From a virus (taxonomy: Duplodnaviria > Caudoviricetes): a stretch of 36,918 nucleotides of DNA. A program made the position numbers and the translations under genes. Of this stretch, positions 18,185 through 27,009 are shown one piece after another. Every line of letters starts with the position of its first letter. Within the stretch, counting starts at the first letter, position 1. The stretch is taken from positions 1-36,918 of the IMG/VR virus record IMGVR_UViG_3300037420_000901. One strand, 5' to 3'. The notes beneath the pieces were generated by a model, which did no database searches, had not been told where the DNA came from, and was given only the letters and a program-made list of their open reading frames with translations.

Positions 18185-19324
18185 ATGGCGACAGATAGCG
18201 GCAAGAAAGGCAAATCGCGCAAACGCGCATTGGAGGTTCTGGATAAGTTACCCGATGGAGGAACGGTGGTTCTTCCGCAGGACGAGAACGGCGATATCAA
18301 AGGCGAGTCCTTGGCCGAGATTTTGGCGGGTGAGGCGGAAGTTAAGAAGCCAACGCTCAACCCGGTCGTACTTCTCTCGGGCATAGCGGGCATTTTGAAC
18401 GGTACGATCACTTCCGGCGAGGAAGTTCTTAAGCTGGCTGAGGAGGCCGTAGTAGATGAAAAAGCTCCGGTGGAAGAAATCAAGCCCGAAGAAACGGCGG
18501 GCGATGCGGCTCAAGAGCCGACTGAAACGACCTCGGATTTAGACCCCGTTAGTCAAGTCATTGAAGAATCCGCTCCTCCCGCAGACCCGGCTCCACAAGA
18601 TGCGCCTCCTACGGCGGGCGGCAAGACAGTCGAAGACATTATGGCCGAGTTGGGCCTGAACATTATATCCGATGCGGCCAACAGCGCAATCCCCGAGATC
18701 AAGCTACCCGAGCGGCGGGAACAGGCTCCAAGTACTCCGAAGGAGCCGAAGGCGGGTAAGACTCCGAAGGAACCGAAAGCACCGAAAGCGGCGGCCGCAC
18801 CTTCCACGAAAATCCCTATCGACGCTCCGATTCCGGCGGCGGAGTTCAGAGGCCATATGATCGGCGTGTACGGCAACCTTCTTGAGAAGCTTGAGGCTCC
18901 CGATGCCAATGGCTACGAGTACTCCGAGATCAAGTTGGAACGCTACAACGCCACGGCCCACGAGTCCTTTAGGAAGACGAACGGCCGGATGGTCATGCTT
19001 TACCCGCAAGGAGGCGGCGTGTACTTAGTGGTCGCGGAACTCCCGGACGGAACCCGAGAGCCAGTTATTGAAGTCACCAATTCCGGGCGGGGACGGTTTA
19101 GATGCCGCCAAATCGCTACGGCCTTCCGGTTTGCGTACATCGAGAAGAAGGACGAAGTAATGATAAAGCCGGACGAGTACGCCGCACTTAAGGCCCAAGT
19201 CAAAGCTATCCCGGTGGCTCCGGTCACGCCTCCGGCTCCGGCACAAGAACCGCCTAAAGAGGAACCACCACAAGCGGCGGACCCGGCGGAAGAACCGAAG
19301 AAAGAGGAGGAAGTCTCGGTCTAG
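18185..19324 (+). CDS. Hypothetical protein with Pro/Ala/Glu-rich low-complexity flanks and a central-to-C-terminal globular domain
   Basis: 379-aa ORF with GGAG RBS; PKEPKA repeats. Confidence 0.75.
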   Translation: MATDSGKKGKSRKRALEVLDKLPDGGTVVLPQDENGDIKGESLAEILAGEAEVKKPTLNPVVLLSGIAGILNGTITSGEEVLKLAEEAVVDEKAPVEEIKPEETAGDAAQEPTETTSDLDPVSQVIEESAPPADPAPQDAPPTAGGKTVEDIMAELGLNIISDAANSAIPEIKLPERREQAPSTPKEPKAGKTPKEPKAPKAAAAPSTKIPIDAPIPAAEFRGHMIGVYGNLLEKLEAPDANGYEYSEIKLERYNATAHESFRKTNGRMVMLYPQGGGVYLVVAELPDGTREPVIEVTNSGRGRFRCRQIATAFRFAYIEKKDEVMIKPDEYAALKAQVKAIPVAPVTPPAPAQEPPKEEPPQAADPAEEPKKEEEVSV

Positions 19325-19346
19325 TGCCGGGCTTCCAACAGTCACC

Positions 19347-19517
19347 ATGATTGACGTAATGGGGTGGAGTGGTGTGGGCTTTGTAGCCTTCACCCTCCTA
19401 GTCCTTATCTATAGCCTAAAGCAGTTATTCCGGCGGCGGAATCCAAAGCCTCTAGATTGGTATGACGCGGAGTACCTTCGAGTCTCCGAACAAATTCAAC
19501 AGAAACGGTGGCGATAG
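19347..19517 (+). CDS. Small membrane protein (not in the ORF track)
   Basis: MIDVMGWSGVGFVAFTLLVLIYSLKQLFRRRN...; fills the gap and stops 1 nt before the next ATG; no clear RBS. Confidence 0.4.
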   Translation: MIDVMGWSGVGFVAFTLLVLIYSLKQLFRRRNPKPLDWYDAEYLRVSEQIQQKRWR

Positions 19518-19518
19518 T

Positions 19519-19764
19519 ATGGCTAAAGGCGCGAAGTATTGGGTAGTTGAGCAACCGCGTGAAATCATTACCGAGAAGAACGTTATTAAGTGCTTCCCGG
19601 ACAATGGCAAGCTTCAAGTATTCCCGCGTATCTCCTCCGCTCCGAATGGCGTAGGCAAGGGTGCCACGATTGACTTGGAAGCGATGTCGGTTGAGCAGTT
19701 GCAACAACTCGGGGCCTGCGTGGCGGAACTGATTAAAAGTCAGCTCGACACCCAGTTCGTATAG
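19519..19764 (+). CDS. Hypothetical protein
   Basis: GGTGG RBS before ATG 19519. Confidence 0.7.
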   Translation: MAKGAKYWVVEQPREIITEKNVIKCFPDNGKLQVFPRISSAPNGVGKGATIDLEAMSVEQLQQLGACVAELIKSQLDTQFV

Positions 19765-19777
19765 GGGGGCGGAGCCT

Positions 19778-20053
19778 ATGAATACGATATTTGGTTTCCC
19801 CCAGTTATTGGCGGTATGGGTGCCTGCCGATAGCGGAATTGTTATCCCGGTGGCGGAACAGTATGACAAGCATGAGTATCCTCACTGGTTCGTGTTTACG
19901 ATGCTCCATCTAGACCGTCCAGTAGATACAGACGTACTCGAAAACAATGCTCGGATAATCGGGCGGTTGACGCGGGAAGAGGTAATGAACGTTACTCCCG
20001 ATGATCTCAAACGAATGGGAGTGGATTTGTCCTCCCCAAGTTACCTAGATTAA
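19778..20053 (+). CDS. Hypothetical protein
   Basis: G-rich RBS; in operon. Confidence 0.65.
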   Translation: MNTIFGFPQLLAVWVPADSGIVIPVAEQYDKHEYPHWFVFTMLHLDRPVDTDVLENNARIIGRLTREEVMNVTPDDLKRMGVDLSSPSYLD

Positions 20054-20167
20054 GACCATCGGGCCTCGTGCCCCTTGGCAGGGAAATGAGTATCGACCGG
20101 AGGTTCCTCCATTCCTCTGTATCGTGTTCCCGACTCATTTCCCGCCCAAGGGTTACGACACCCTTAG

Positions 20168-20419
20168 ATGGGAGTGATGGTGTTGGCAAGCCGGAGAAGG
20201 TACAACACCCGCATTCAAGAACTCTTTAGGAATCGCGGGAGCATCCAAGTGAAAGGGCAGACTGGTCTTTACGTCCTCATTGTAAAAGAACCCGACCGGA
20301 CGTTTGAAATGGGCGGGTACGGCAGTATCGGTGAGGCAGTAGATCAGGCTAAGACCCAAGCGCAACTAAGAAAGTTGGCCTTTGATGCGGCAAAGGATGT
20401 GTACAGAATACCGATTTGA
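20168..20419 (+). CDS. Hypothetical protein (start uncertain)
   Basis: ORF in operon orientation. Confidence 0.55.
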   Translation: MGVMVLASRRRYNTRIQELFRNRGSIQVKGQTGLYVLIVKEPDRTFEMGGYGSIGEAVDQAKTQAQLRKLAFDAAKDVYRIPI

Positions 20420-20438
20420 AGAAAGGTGGCGGAAGCCT

Positions 20439-20876
20439 ATGAAGAGGCTAAACGTAGTGTCGATTCAGATGGTAAGGGAAAAGTCCTTTCCGTATGAGGT
20501 CAGTCAGATTTGTTCCCCCGGTACGGCCGTTGACATCTTACGTAAGTACATTGGGAGTTCTGACCGTGAGATTCTAGTTATGATCGGGTTAGACACCAAG
20601 AACAAGATCAACGTGATTAGTACCATATCCATCGGTTCATTGAGTGCATCATTAGCCCACCCGAGGGAGATTTTTAAGGCGGCGATACTAGCCAATTGTG
20701 CATCGATCATTTTAGGACATAACCACCCGAGTAATGATACCCGGCCTAGTCAGGAAGATATCAAGATCACTGAACGAGTGGCGGCGGCCGGGGAAGTATT
20801 AGGAATCGAACTCTTAGACCACGTTATAATCGGAGAAGACAACCATTATTCAATGAAGGAGCATGATCAAATATGA
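20439..20876 (+). CDS. RadC-like JAB/MPN domain protein
   Basis: DREIL, LDTKNKI, AHPREIFKAAI, GHNHPSN...PSQED, LGIELLDHVIIG. Confidence 0.92.
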   Translation: MKRLNVVSIQMVREKSFPYEVSQICSPGTAVDILRKYIGSSDREILVMIGLDTKNKINVISTISIGSLSASLAHPREIFKAAILANCASIILGHNHPSNDTRPSQEDIKITERVAAAGEVLGIELLDHVIIGEDNHYSMKEHDQI

Positions 20877-21754
20877 TACACTATGAAGCGTTGGAGAAAT
20901 TAGATGCCCTCCGTGGGCTGGCGGATGTAAAGAAAACGACTCTTGATATCTTGGCTTTTATCGAGGTTGCGCGGAAGCGTAAAGAACTTGGGCTTAAGAA
21001 TGAGCGTCAGTCTAATCATTTCGTATTCACTGGAAAGCCGGGAACGGGTAAGACTACTGTAGCCCGGATTTTAGGAGAATTGATGGTCGAGGCTAATGTA
21101 TTAAAGAAGCCTAAAAGATCATCCGATGATGATTACAATGACAGCATCCCGTTCATTGAAAAAGGCGGGGCGGATTTTGCCGATAAGTATTCTGGGGGAG
21201 CCGAGAAGAATATGCGGGAAGCCTTTGAGGAGGCCCGGGGCGGAGTCTTATTCATCGACGAAGCCTATGCGCTACAACCACCCGGCGAGAACCATAGTAA
21301 TGGTCAGGCGGAAGGTGCGCTCACGACTCTTGTTCAAATGATGGAGAACTACCGCGATGAAGTTATGGTCATTCTCGCCGGATACGAAGACCGGATGAAA
21401 AAGCTCATTGATTGGAACCCCGGCCTCAGTTCCCGAATTTCCCATAAGATTCACTTCCCGGATTACGCCCTACCGGAATTGATCGAGATTGCGGATTCGA
21501 TCTTGGTGGAGAAAGAGTATACGATATCGGTGGAGTTTGAACGGCAGTTACGCCTTCGCTTGGAACAGGAGATGCGCCGGAAGGATTTTAGCAACGGCCG
21601 GACGGTCCGAAATCTATTGGAACAAGCTATGCGTAACCAAGCCTACCGTCTCATGTATGTGGACATGTGCTTGGATTCTACCGACCCGGATATGTTCATG
21701 AAGCTGATACCCGAGGACTTGGACCCCTCACTTAAGCCAGTCGCCACCGCATAA
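20873..21754 (+). CDS. AAA+ ATPase, SpoVK/CbbX family
   Basis: HFVFTGKPGTGKTTVAR, GGVLFIDEAYAL, VILAGY, NPGLSSRI, FSNGRTVRN. Confidence 0.9.
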   Translation: MIHYEALEKLDALRGLADVKKTTLDILAFIEVARKRKELGLKNERQSNHFVFTGKPGTGKTTVARILGELMVEANVLKKPKRSSDDDYNDSIPFIEKGGADFADKYSGGAEKNMREAFEEARGGVLFIDEAYALQPPGENHSNGQAEGALTTLVQMMENYRDEVMVILAGYEDRMKKLIDWNPGLSSRISHKIHFPDYALPELIEIADSILVEKEYTISVEFERQLRLRLEQEMRRKDFSNGRTVRNLLEQAMRNQAYRLMYVDMCLDSTDPDMFMKLIPEDLDPSLKPVATA

Positions 21755-21786
21755 GATTCTTTATCCCTTGTGCCTATCGTCCGGGC

Positions 21787-21818
21787 TATACTATTATTAG
21801 GCCCGGGCGGGACTGGGC
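21787..21818 (+). promoter_or_regulatory. Promoter/leader-hairpin module copy 3
   Basis: TATACT-N4-TTAGG; stem GCCCGG/CTGGGC with loop GCGGGA. Confidence 0.65.
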
Positions 21819-21845
21819 ACACGGTATTATGGAGGCGATGGTAAG

Positions 21846-22301
21846 ATGGTAGAGACACAAGCCAGCTTTGACAATCGGGTGGTATATGAACAGGTAGCAT
21901 ATAAGCTATCCCGCCACCCACAGGTTAAGTTCTTGTTGGTCTGGAACTTCAAGACTCCCGAGAACATTCAGGATTCGTTCACGCGGTACAAGATGGGCGG
22001 CGGGCGTGAGGTTTTAGCGATCTTCAAAAGCGAGTGCTTCACCGGGTATTCCGTTATCGCGGTCATGGGTACACCGAATTTCGCTAAACTGCCGGACTTG
22101 GGATTCTACCCAGTCAGACGCGATTCGGCTAACTGGTCGCCTCGGGTATGGCAAGCCGACCCGCATAAGGATGGATGGTCCGCGGGTGAAGGCCGGAACT
22201 ATAAGAACTATGAGTTGGCGGATAACTTCCGATGGGTTGAGTTCATCGACCTCGTAGACATCATTCGTAAGGATGAGGCCATAGCTCTCATCTACAAGTA
22301 G
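21846..22301 (+). CDS. Hypothetical protein
   Basis: GGAGG RBS after the promoter module. Confidence 0.7.
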   Translation: MVETQASFDNRVVYEQVAYKLSRHPQVKFLLVWNFKTPENIQDSFTRYKMGGGREVLAIFKSECFTGYSVIAVMGTPNFAKLPDLGFYPVRRDSANWSPRVWQADPHKDGWSAGEGRNYKNYELADNFRWVEFIDLVDIIRKDEAIALIYK

Positions 22302-22369
22302 GGTTCACCGGGCGGTCCGCTCCTCGGGCGGGCGGGCCTCCCGCAAATTATATAATGGAGGTCATGAAG

Positions 22370-22876
22370 ATGACACAAGGAGAACAGTTCAAGAATTTGA
22401 TGGAAGGCCCAGATGCGGTGCATCAAGCGTTGCTCCGGCACTTCCGGGATTACGATGTACCATTGAAGGTTACGACAGCCGAAGGCTTTACCTTCGAGAT
22501 CGGCGGCATCGTGGGCTCTTTGATTAAGGTTAATGGCGATGAAGATGGCGTGATGACCGCGGCTCTTGGTGCATTCGACCTTCAAGCGTTGATGGCGGCG
22601 GCCAGTCAGAATGATAAAGCAGCTAAGGAAGCGATTGCCGCATTCACAAAGGCACACCCTAGAGCGGCTATGGCAGTAGCGTTAAAGATGATGATGGCAA
22701 AGGCCGAGAAAGAATCCGGCGGGGACGGAATCGGAGATTTGTTCTCCAAGCAGATAAAGTCCGGTAAGAACCCTTTAGGCCCATTGGCTGCGATGATGGC
22801 GATGATGATGGATGAAGTCAAGCCAGACACGGATGACGAGATTGAGAAGACCGGAACGGACGATCCGTTCAAATGA
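22370..22876 (+). CDS. Ala/Met-rich hypothetical protein
   Basis: GGAGGT RBS at 22357; start 22370 (or 22364). Confidence 0.7.
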   Translation: MTQGEQFKNLMEGPDAVHQALLRHFRDYDVPLKVTTAEGFTFEIGGIVGSLIKVNGDEDGVMTAALGAFDLQALMAAASQNDKAAKEAIAAFTKAHPRAAMAVALKMMMAKAEKESGGDGIGDLFSKQIKSGKNPLGPLAAMMAMMMDEVKPDTDDEIEKTGTDDPFK

Positions 22877-22966
22877 TGTGGGTGGCAATCGTTATCGAGT
22901 TATTCTATATGATTACGGGCGGGGAGCAGTCCCCTCCCGACTCTAAATAGGTGGAGGCGGTCAGAA

Positions 22967-23395
22967 ATGACAGTAGTAGCAGATAAGAGTATTCTTTTGA
23001 AAGTGGCGGACGAGATTGAGGCGGACGAGAATTATTCCGGTTTGCATTGGTGGGATACCATAACCCAATGTGGTTGTGCGATGGTTCGGACGGTTGCGGC
23101 GGCGGGCGGAGTGGTTAGACAAAACCCCACGGCTGAGAGAAACGTTTTATTCAGTCTGGATACTCCGACAGGTGCCTACACCGATGTAGATTCCTGTCAC
23201 CTTGAGAGTGCGATGACTTACATCACAGGCGTATCCGATAGCGTGTGGGGTGAGTTCGTCTCCTTTAGTTGCAATGCTGATCGGTTCTGGACCGCTAAAG
23301 CCCTCCGTGAAATTGTAGAAACCGATGATTTCAAACAGACCCACGAGGAATTTCGGGCGGCGAGTTGGAAGCCAGCAGAAGGGGAGGACGAGTAA
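22967..23395 (+). CDS. Hypothetical protein (tandem paralogue 1)
   Basis: ILLKVADEIE..NYSG, CGCAM, ADRFWTAKALREI. Confidence 0.75.
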   Translation: MTVVADKSILLKVADEIEADENYSGLHWWDTITQCGCAMVRTVAAAGGVVRQNPTAERNVLFSLDTPTGAYTDVDSCHLESAMTYITGVSDSVWGEFVSFSCNADRFWTAKALREIVETDDFKQTHEEFRAASWKPAEGEDE

Positions 23396-23396
23396 G

Positions 23397-23843
23397 ATGG
23401 TAGAAGTAGCTAATAAGCATATCTTATTGGAAGTGGCGGACGAAGTTGAGCAAGACGTTAATTACTCCGGGGACCAGTATTGGTTCCGTGATAGAGATTG
23501 CGGTTGTGCGATGATGCGTATAATCGGGCGGGCCGGAGAGTACGATAAAGAAGCCTATATCGAAGGAACCCACAAGAACAATATGCCCTTTAGAATAGAA
23601 GGCTATCCGAATGAGGATACGAGCCTACGTTATTCCCTTAACGTTGAGGGCGGGGTTGCTCATATAACGGGGCTAGATTCAAAAGTATGGTTTAAGTTCC
23701 TTTCCTTCTCGTTAGAAGCTGATCGGTTTTGGACCGCTAAAGCTCTCCGTGAAATAGCCGAAGTCGGCACATTTGAGGAAACACGCCGCACGTATATAGA
23801 AGAATGCGGGCGGACAGGAAAGCAAACGAGATTAAGATTCTAA
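23397..23843 (+). CDS. Hypothetical protein (tandem paralogue 2)
   Basis: ILLEVADEVE..NYSG, CGCAM, ADRFWTAKALREI; GGAGG RBS. Confidence 0.75.
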   Translation: MVEVANKHILLEVADEVEQDVNYSGDQYWFRDRDCGCAMMRIIGRAGEYDKEAYIEGTHKNNMPFRIEGYPNEDTSLRYSLNVEGGVAHITGLDSKVWFKFLSFSLEADRFWTAKALREIAEVGTFEETRRTYIEECGRTGKQTRLRF

Positions 23844-23881
23844 GTGACACAAAAGGTATTAAAAGTATACTTTTAACACAT

Positions 23882-23928
23882 AAAGCGGAAGTTCCAAAGT
23901 CTAAGACCTTGGGATTTCCGCTTTTTTC
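23882..23928 (+). terminator. Long-stem terminator
   Basis: AAAGCGGAAGTTCCAAAGTC / GACCTTGGGATTTCCGCTTT plus T tract. Confidence 0.75.
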
Positions 23929-24342
23929 GTGGGCGGCAGGAAAGCCCCGAATTTGCACCCCAAAATAACAAGAAGTTGTATCATAACTAGCCATAAACCC
24001 AGTAATATCAAGGGTTTGCGGCTTCACCCATCCGGGCGGAACCAAAGAAAAGACTCCGTTCACCCCACCCGGGCGGGACGAGAAAAGAAGAGGCACTTCG
24101 GTAAGTATAGAAACTAAGTAAGAAACACTAAGAAACCCTTATAGATCAAGGGATAGACACGACTCCATAATCTCTCCCTTTAGCACTTATAACACCTAAA
24201 GAACCCATTTTTGTCCCCCGAGTCACGGCCACACACAGTCTCGGAGCCTTATTTCTCTAGAATAATGCGGCTTGAATCACGGATTTGCTATCTTTACGGA
24301 GTTCCGTCTTTCCGTTATAATGGAAGTACAGGAGGTGTCACG

Positions 24343-24495
24343 ATGCCAAAACAAGTATACGACTATATTGAGCAAGCAATCGCGGACTTTGATTGGAACA
24401 AGAGTGAAGTTATGCACGAGATTTGTATGTTTGGATACATATACGTGGTGAGTAAGATTCACCGCATATACATTGAGGAGGGGCTATATGCCTAA
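24343..24495 (+). CDS. Small hypothetical protein
   Basis: TATAAT at 24316 and AGGAGGT RBS before ATG 24343. Confidence 0.65.
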   Translation: MPKQVYDYIEQAIADFDWNKSEVMHEICMFGYIYVVSKIHRIYIEEGLYA

Positions 24496-24832
24496 GACTA
24501 CGCTGGCTTTAGGTGAAGACTTGCATAAACGTATTAAGATCAAATGTGTAGAACAAGACACGAGCCTACAGGCTGTGGTTGTTGAACTATTGACCAAGTG
24601 GGTCGAGGATGATTTTGCATCCCCCGAAAAGGAGCCTTGTATCACACACCCGCAAGGACAAGTTGTCCCACCCGTGAAATTAAAAAGCCCCGAACAAGAC
24701 ACGCCTTCGTGGATGGGGGTACCTCTCCCTGAGAAACGTTACGCCGCAGACACGATGACGCAGGAGGAACTGGGTTACGGCAAGCCAAGCCCACGCCGAG
24801 TTACCGACTGGCTGAATACGCTACCCGAATAA
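24488..24832 (+). CDS. Ribbon-helix-helix DNA-binding protein
   Basis: MPKTTLALGEDLHKRIKIKCVEQDTSLQAVVVELLTKWV fits the strand-helix-helix ParG/Arc pattern. Confidence 0.7.
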   Translation: MPKTTLALGEDLHKRIKIKCVEQDTSLQAVVVELLTKWVEDDFASPEKEPCITHPQGQVVPPVKLKSPEQDTPSWMGVPLPEKRYAADTMTQEELGYGKPSPRRVTDWLNTLPE

Positions 24833-24932
24833 GTTAAGATTCCGAATCTCATGTTTCTACATCTTTGGACAAGGGTTCCATGCTTCTACAAAATATTTAA
24901 GACTCCACTTATCTCGTACCTATCGCCTATCA

Positions 24933-24973
24933 TATACTAGGATTAGGTCATCCGGGCCGGGGGCGGGAACCCC
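24933..24973 (+). promoter_or_regulatory. Promoter/leader-hairpin module copy 4
   Basis: TATACT-N4-TTAGG...GGGG CGGGAA CCCC. Confidence 0.65.
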
Positions 24974-25008
24974 ATCCGGTGGCACTAGCGAATGGAGGCT
25001 GATGTTAA

Positions 25009-25512
25009 ATGGTTAAGTTCATTGAGTCTAAAGAGGTTAAGTCCCGGTACATTGAGTTTGAAGCAAACGCTACTCGTTATACGATTACTTATTCCCCGGG
25101 CGTGATGTTCGGCGGAACGTTGATCGCTGACGCGGGCGGACGGTGGGCGGCTTTAGTTAAGTCCCACTTCTTGTTCAACTACCACCCTGAGATTTGCGCG
25201 GAAGTTTTCTCCTCTGAGTTCCCGGCCCAATCGAAAATAGATTGGACGAATATCGTCACGGCTATACAACAAGATGCGGCGGTCCGGCGGGAAACCGATA
25301 TCGAGAAATTGTTAAAGGAATTGGCGGCACAAGAATACGCGAATGGGGTGGACTCGATTGCCCAATTCGTTAAGGATATGGTTGAGAAGCAAGACACGAT
25401 GACCGTGGAGGAAATCGCTCAGGATATACACGAGGCGTACTTCGATGAAATGCAAAATTGTTTGGAACGCGGAATCCTTCTCGGCCGGAAGCAAGCGCGG
25501 GGAGGTAAGTAA
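25009..25512 (+). CDS. Hypothetical protein
   Basis: GGAGG RBS after the promoter module. Confidence 0.7.
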   Translation: MVKFIESKEVKSRYIEFEANATRYTITYSPGVMFGGTLIADAGGRWAALVKSHFLFNYHPEICAEVFSSEFPAQSKIDWTNIVTAIQQDAAVRRETDIEKLLKELAAQEYANGVDSIAQFVKDMVEKQDTMTVEEIAQDIHEAYFDEMQNCLERGILLGRKQARGGK

Positions 25513-25513
25513 T

Positions 25514-25783
25514 ATGAACAAGCCTTTAGTTACGGACTTTGGTGCTGGCTACGTCCATCCTTCACGGGATGGGCGGGCACCCGTTATATTGATCGGTGAG
25601 AATGGCGAGCGCGGGGCATGGAAATTGACTAAAGAATTGAAAGTAAAGTGTACTCATTGTGCTAAGATATACTACGGATGTCAGTCCTATCAATTGTATT
25701 TTGCTCCTTACGATGTGGTTTCTCCTCCCGGGATTTGCTCCCAAATTTGTAACTCCTGTTGGGAAGATAAGTATGGAAATTAA
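25514..25783 (+). CDS. Cys-rich hypothetical protein
   Basis: GGAGGT RBS; CTHC...CSQICNSC. Confidence 0.65.
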   Translation: MNKPLVTDFGAGYVHPSRDGRAPVILIGENGERGAWKLTKELKVKCTHCAKIYYGCQSYQLYFAPYDVVSPPGICSQICNSCWEDKYGN

Positions 25784-25787
25784 GATC

Positions 25788-25817
25788 GGCCCTCCCGCTT
25801 TGGGAGGGTTTTCTTTT
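25788..25817 (+). terminator. Rho-independent terminator
   Basis: CCCTCCC-loop-GGGAGGG plus T tract. Confidence 0.75.
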
Positions 25818-25927
25818 GTGTTTGGAGGGGCGCACACGACTCGAACCCGCACAGCCACCGATTTTTGTTCTCAAAATAAGAGGCTCTTGTATCACATGCG
25901 TATAGATTTTTTTATTTTCGTCAAAAA

Positions 25928-26001
25928 TCATTTGCCCTACAATCGATTAAGATGACCAATGACCCGTCTCGCAAAAAGAAAATCGATTGTAGGGCAAATG
26001 A
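25928..26001. repeat. Perfect 21-bp inverted repeat with a 32-bp spacer
   Basis: TCATTTGCCCTACAATCGATT (25928-25948) / AATCGATTGTAGGGCAAATGA (25981-26001). Confidence 0.9.
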
Positions 26002-26115
26002 AACCGCCCAAAAATGTAAGAATAAGTTAAGATTCCGCACCAATGGGCGGGGAAAGTGGAGAATAAGTCACGATTCCGCTTAAATGCTCTTTATCTACTG
26101 CCATCCTTTAGGGTT

Positions 26116-26145
26116 TATAATAGGTATTAGGGGCGGGAACCCCTA
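26116..26145 (+). promoter_or_regulatory. Promoter/leader-hairpin module copy 5
   Basis: TATAAT-N5-TTAGG; TAGGGG CGGGAA CCCCTA. Confidence 0.7.
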
Positions 26146-26168
26146 CACTATAATTGGAGGTTAGGACA

Positions 26169-26444
26169 ATGGAACAAAAATTGCTTTTGGAACTTCTGGA
26201 TAAGGCCCATCATTCCTTTGGAAAGGACTTGGAGGATGCGGTGGATGCCACATGGGACAAATTGGAGGGCATGCTTTCGGAGGAACAAATGGAGGAACTT
26301 AAACCCTTCTATGCTTTATTGGAGGAATTTTACTGGGACTTAAAACATTCCTATTTGGCATCCGGCACATCGGAGGACTTGCCATCAACCATTCAAACTT
26401 TCGGCAATCGGAAATATACGGAATACTTCAAGGCAAATAAATAA
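26169..26444 (+). CDS. Acidic helical hypothetical protein (probable early gene)
   Basis: GGAGGT RBS; own promoter module. Confidence 0.75.
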   Translation: MEQKLLLELLDKAHHSFGKDLEDAVDATWDKLEGMLSEEQMEELKPFYALLEEFYWDLKHSYLASGTSEDLPSTIQTFGNRKYTEYFKANK

Positions 26445-26466
26445 TCTAATGCCCCTCCCCGGGCCT

Positions 26467-26498
26467 TATAATTTAAGGTACCGGGGCGGGAATCCCGG
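26467..26498 (+). promoter_or_regulatory. Promoter/leader-hairpin module copy 6
   Basis: TATAAT; CCGGG GCGGGAAT CCCGG. Confidence 0.65.
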
Positions 26499-26522
26499 AA
26501 AATAAAATGGAGGCGGTTAAGA

Positions 26523-26816
26523 ATGAACGACAGACAATTGGCTTTAGAATCACTTCATCAATGGATTGGTTTCGGACTCGGTATCGGACGCTTACCTTAT
26601 CAGGTAATCCGGGAGGCAAAGGAAAAATACCCCGAGGCTGGGCATCTCATTTATGAGGCCATGGTCGAGCAACTACATTGGGAAAAACAATTCCAAATAT
26701 GCGAACGGATAGGGCATAACATCACTCACGCGGAATCTTCCTTCGGCCCGGACTCCGGCACGGAAACTCTCTACTGCGGAAGGTGCGGGGCATCACACGA
26801 TATCATCTTTTATTAA
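26523..26816 (+). CDS. Hypothetical protein with C-terminal CxxxGH...CxxC
   Basis: GGAGG RBS; terminator at 26822-26846. Confidence 0.75.
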   Translation: MNDRQLALESLHQWIGFGLGIGRLPYQVIREAKEKYPEAGHLIYEAMVEQLHWEKQFQICERIGHNITHAESSFGPDSGTETLYCGRCGASHDIIFY

Positions 26817-26821
26817 AAACT

Positions 26822-26846
26822 GGCCCCGCTCCGGCGGGGTCTTTTT
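26822..26846 (+). terminator. Rho-independent terminator
   Basis: GGCCCCGC TCCG GCGGGGTC TTTTT. Confidence 0.75.
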
Positions 26847-26954
26847 ATGTGCATATATAATAGAAGAAACACAATTTATTTGGGAGATACTGTCACGACT
26901 TCGCGGGAGGGAACAGATTCCAACATTATTCACCAACCGCTTTAGGACAGGGTT

Positions 26955-26983
26955 TATAATTAATACATGGGCGGGAACCCCAT
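26955..26983 (+). promoter_or_regulatory. Promoter/leader-hairpin module copy 7
   Basis: TATAAT; ATGGG CGGGAAC CCCAT. Confidence 0.65.
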
Positions 26984-27009
26984 ACATAAACCAAATGGAG
27001 GTTATTAGA

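Noticed and set aside
19405-19869. 154-aa minus-strand ORF and other minus-strand ORFs in the track
   Set aside because: They overlap better-supported + strand genes with RBSs and show no family motifs.
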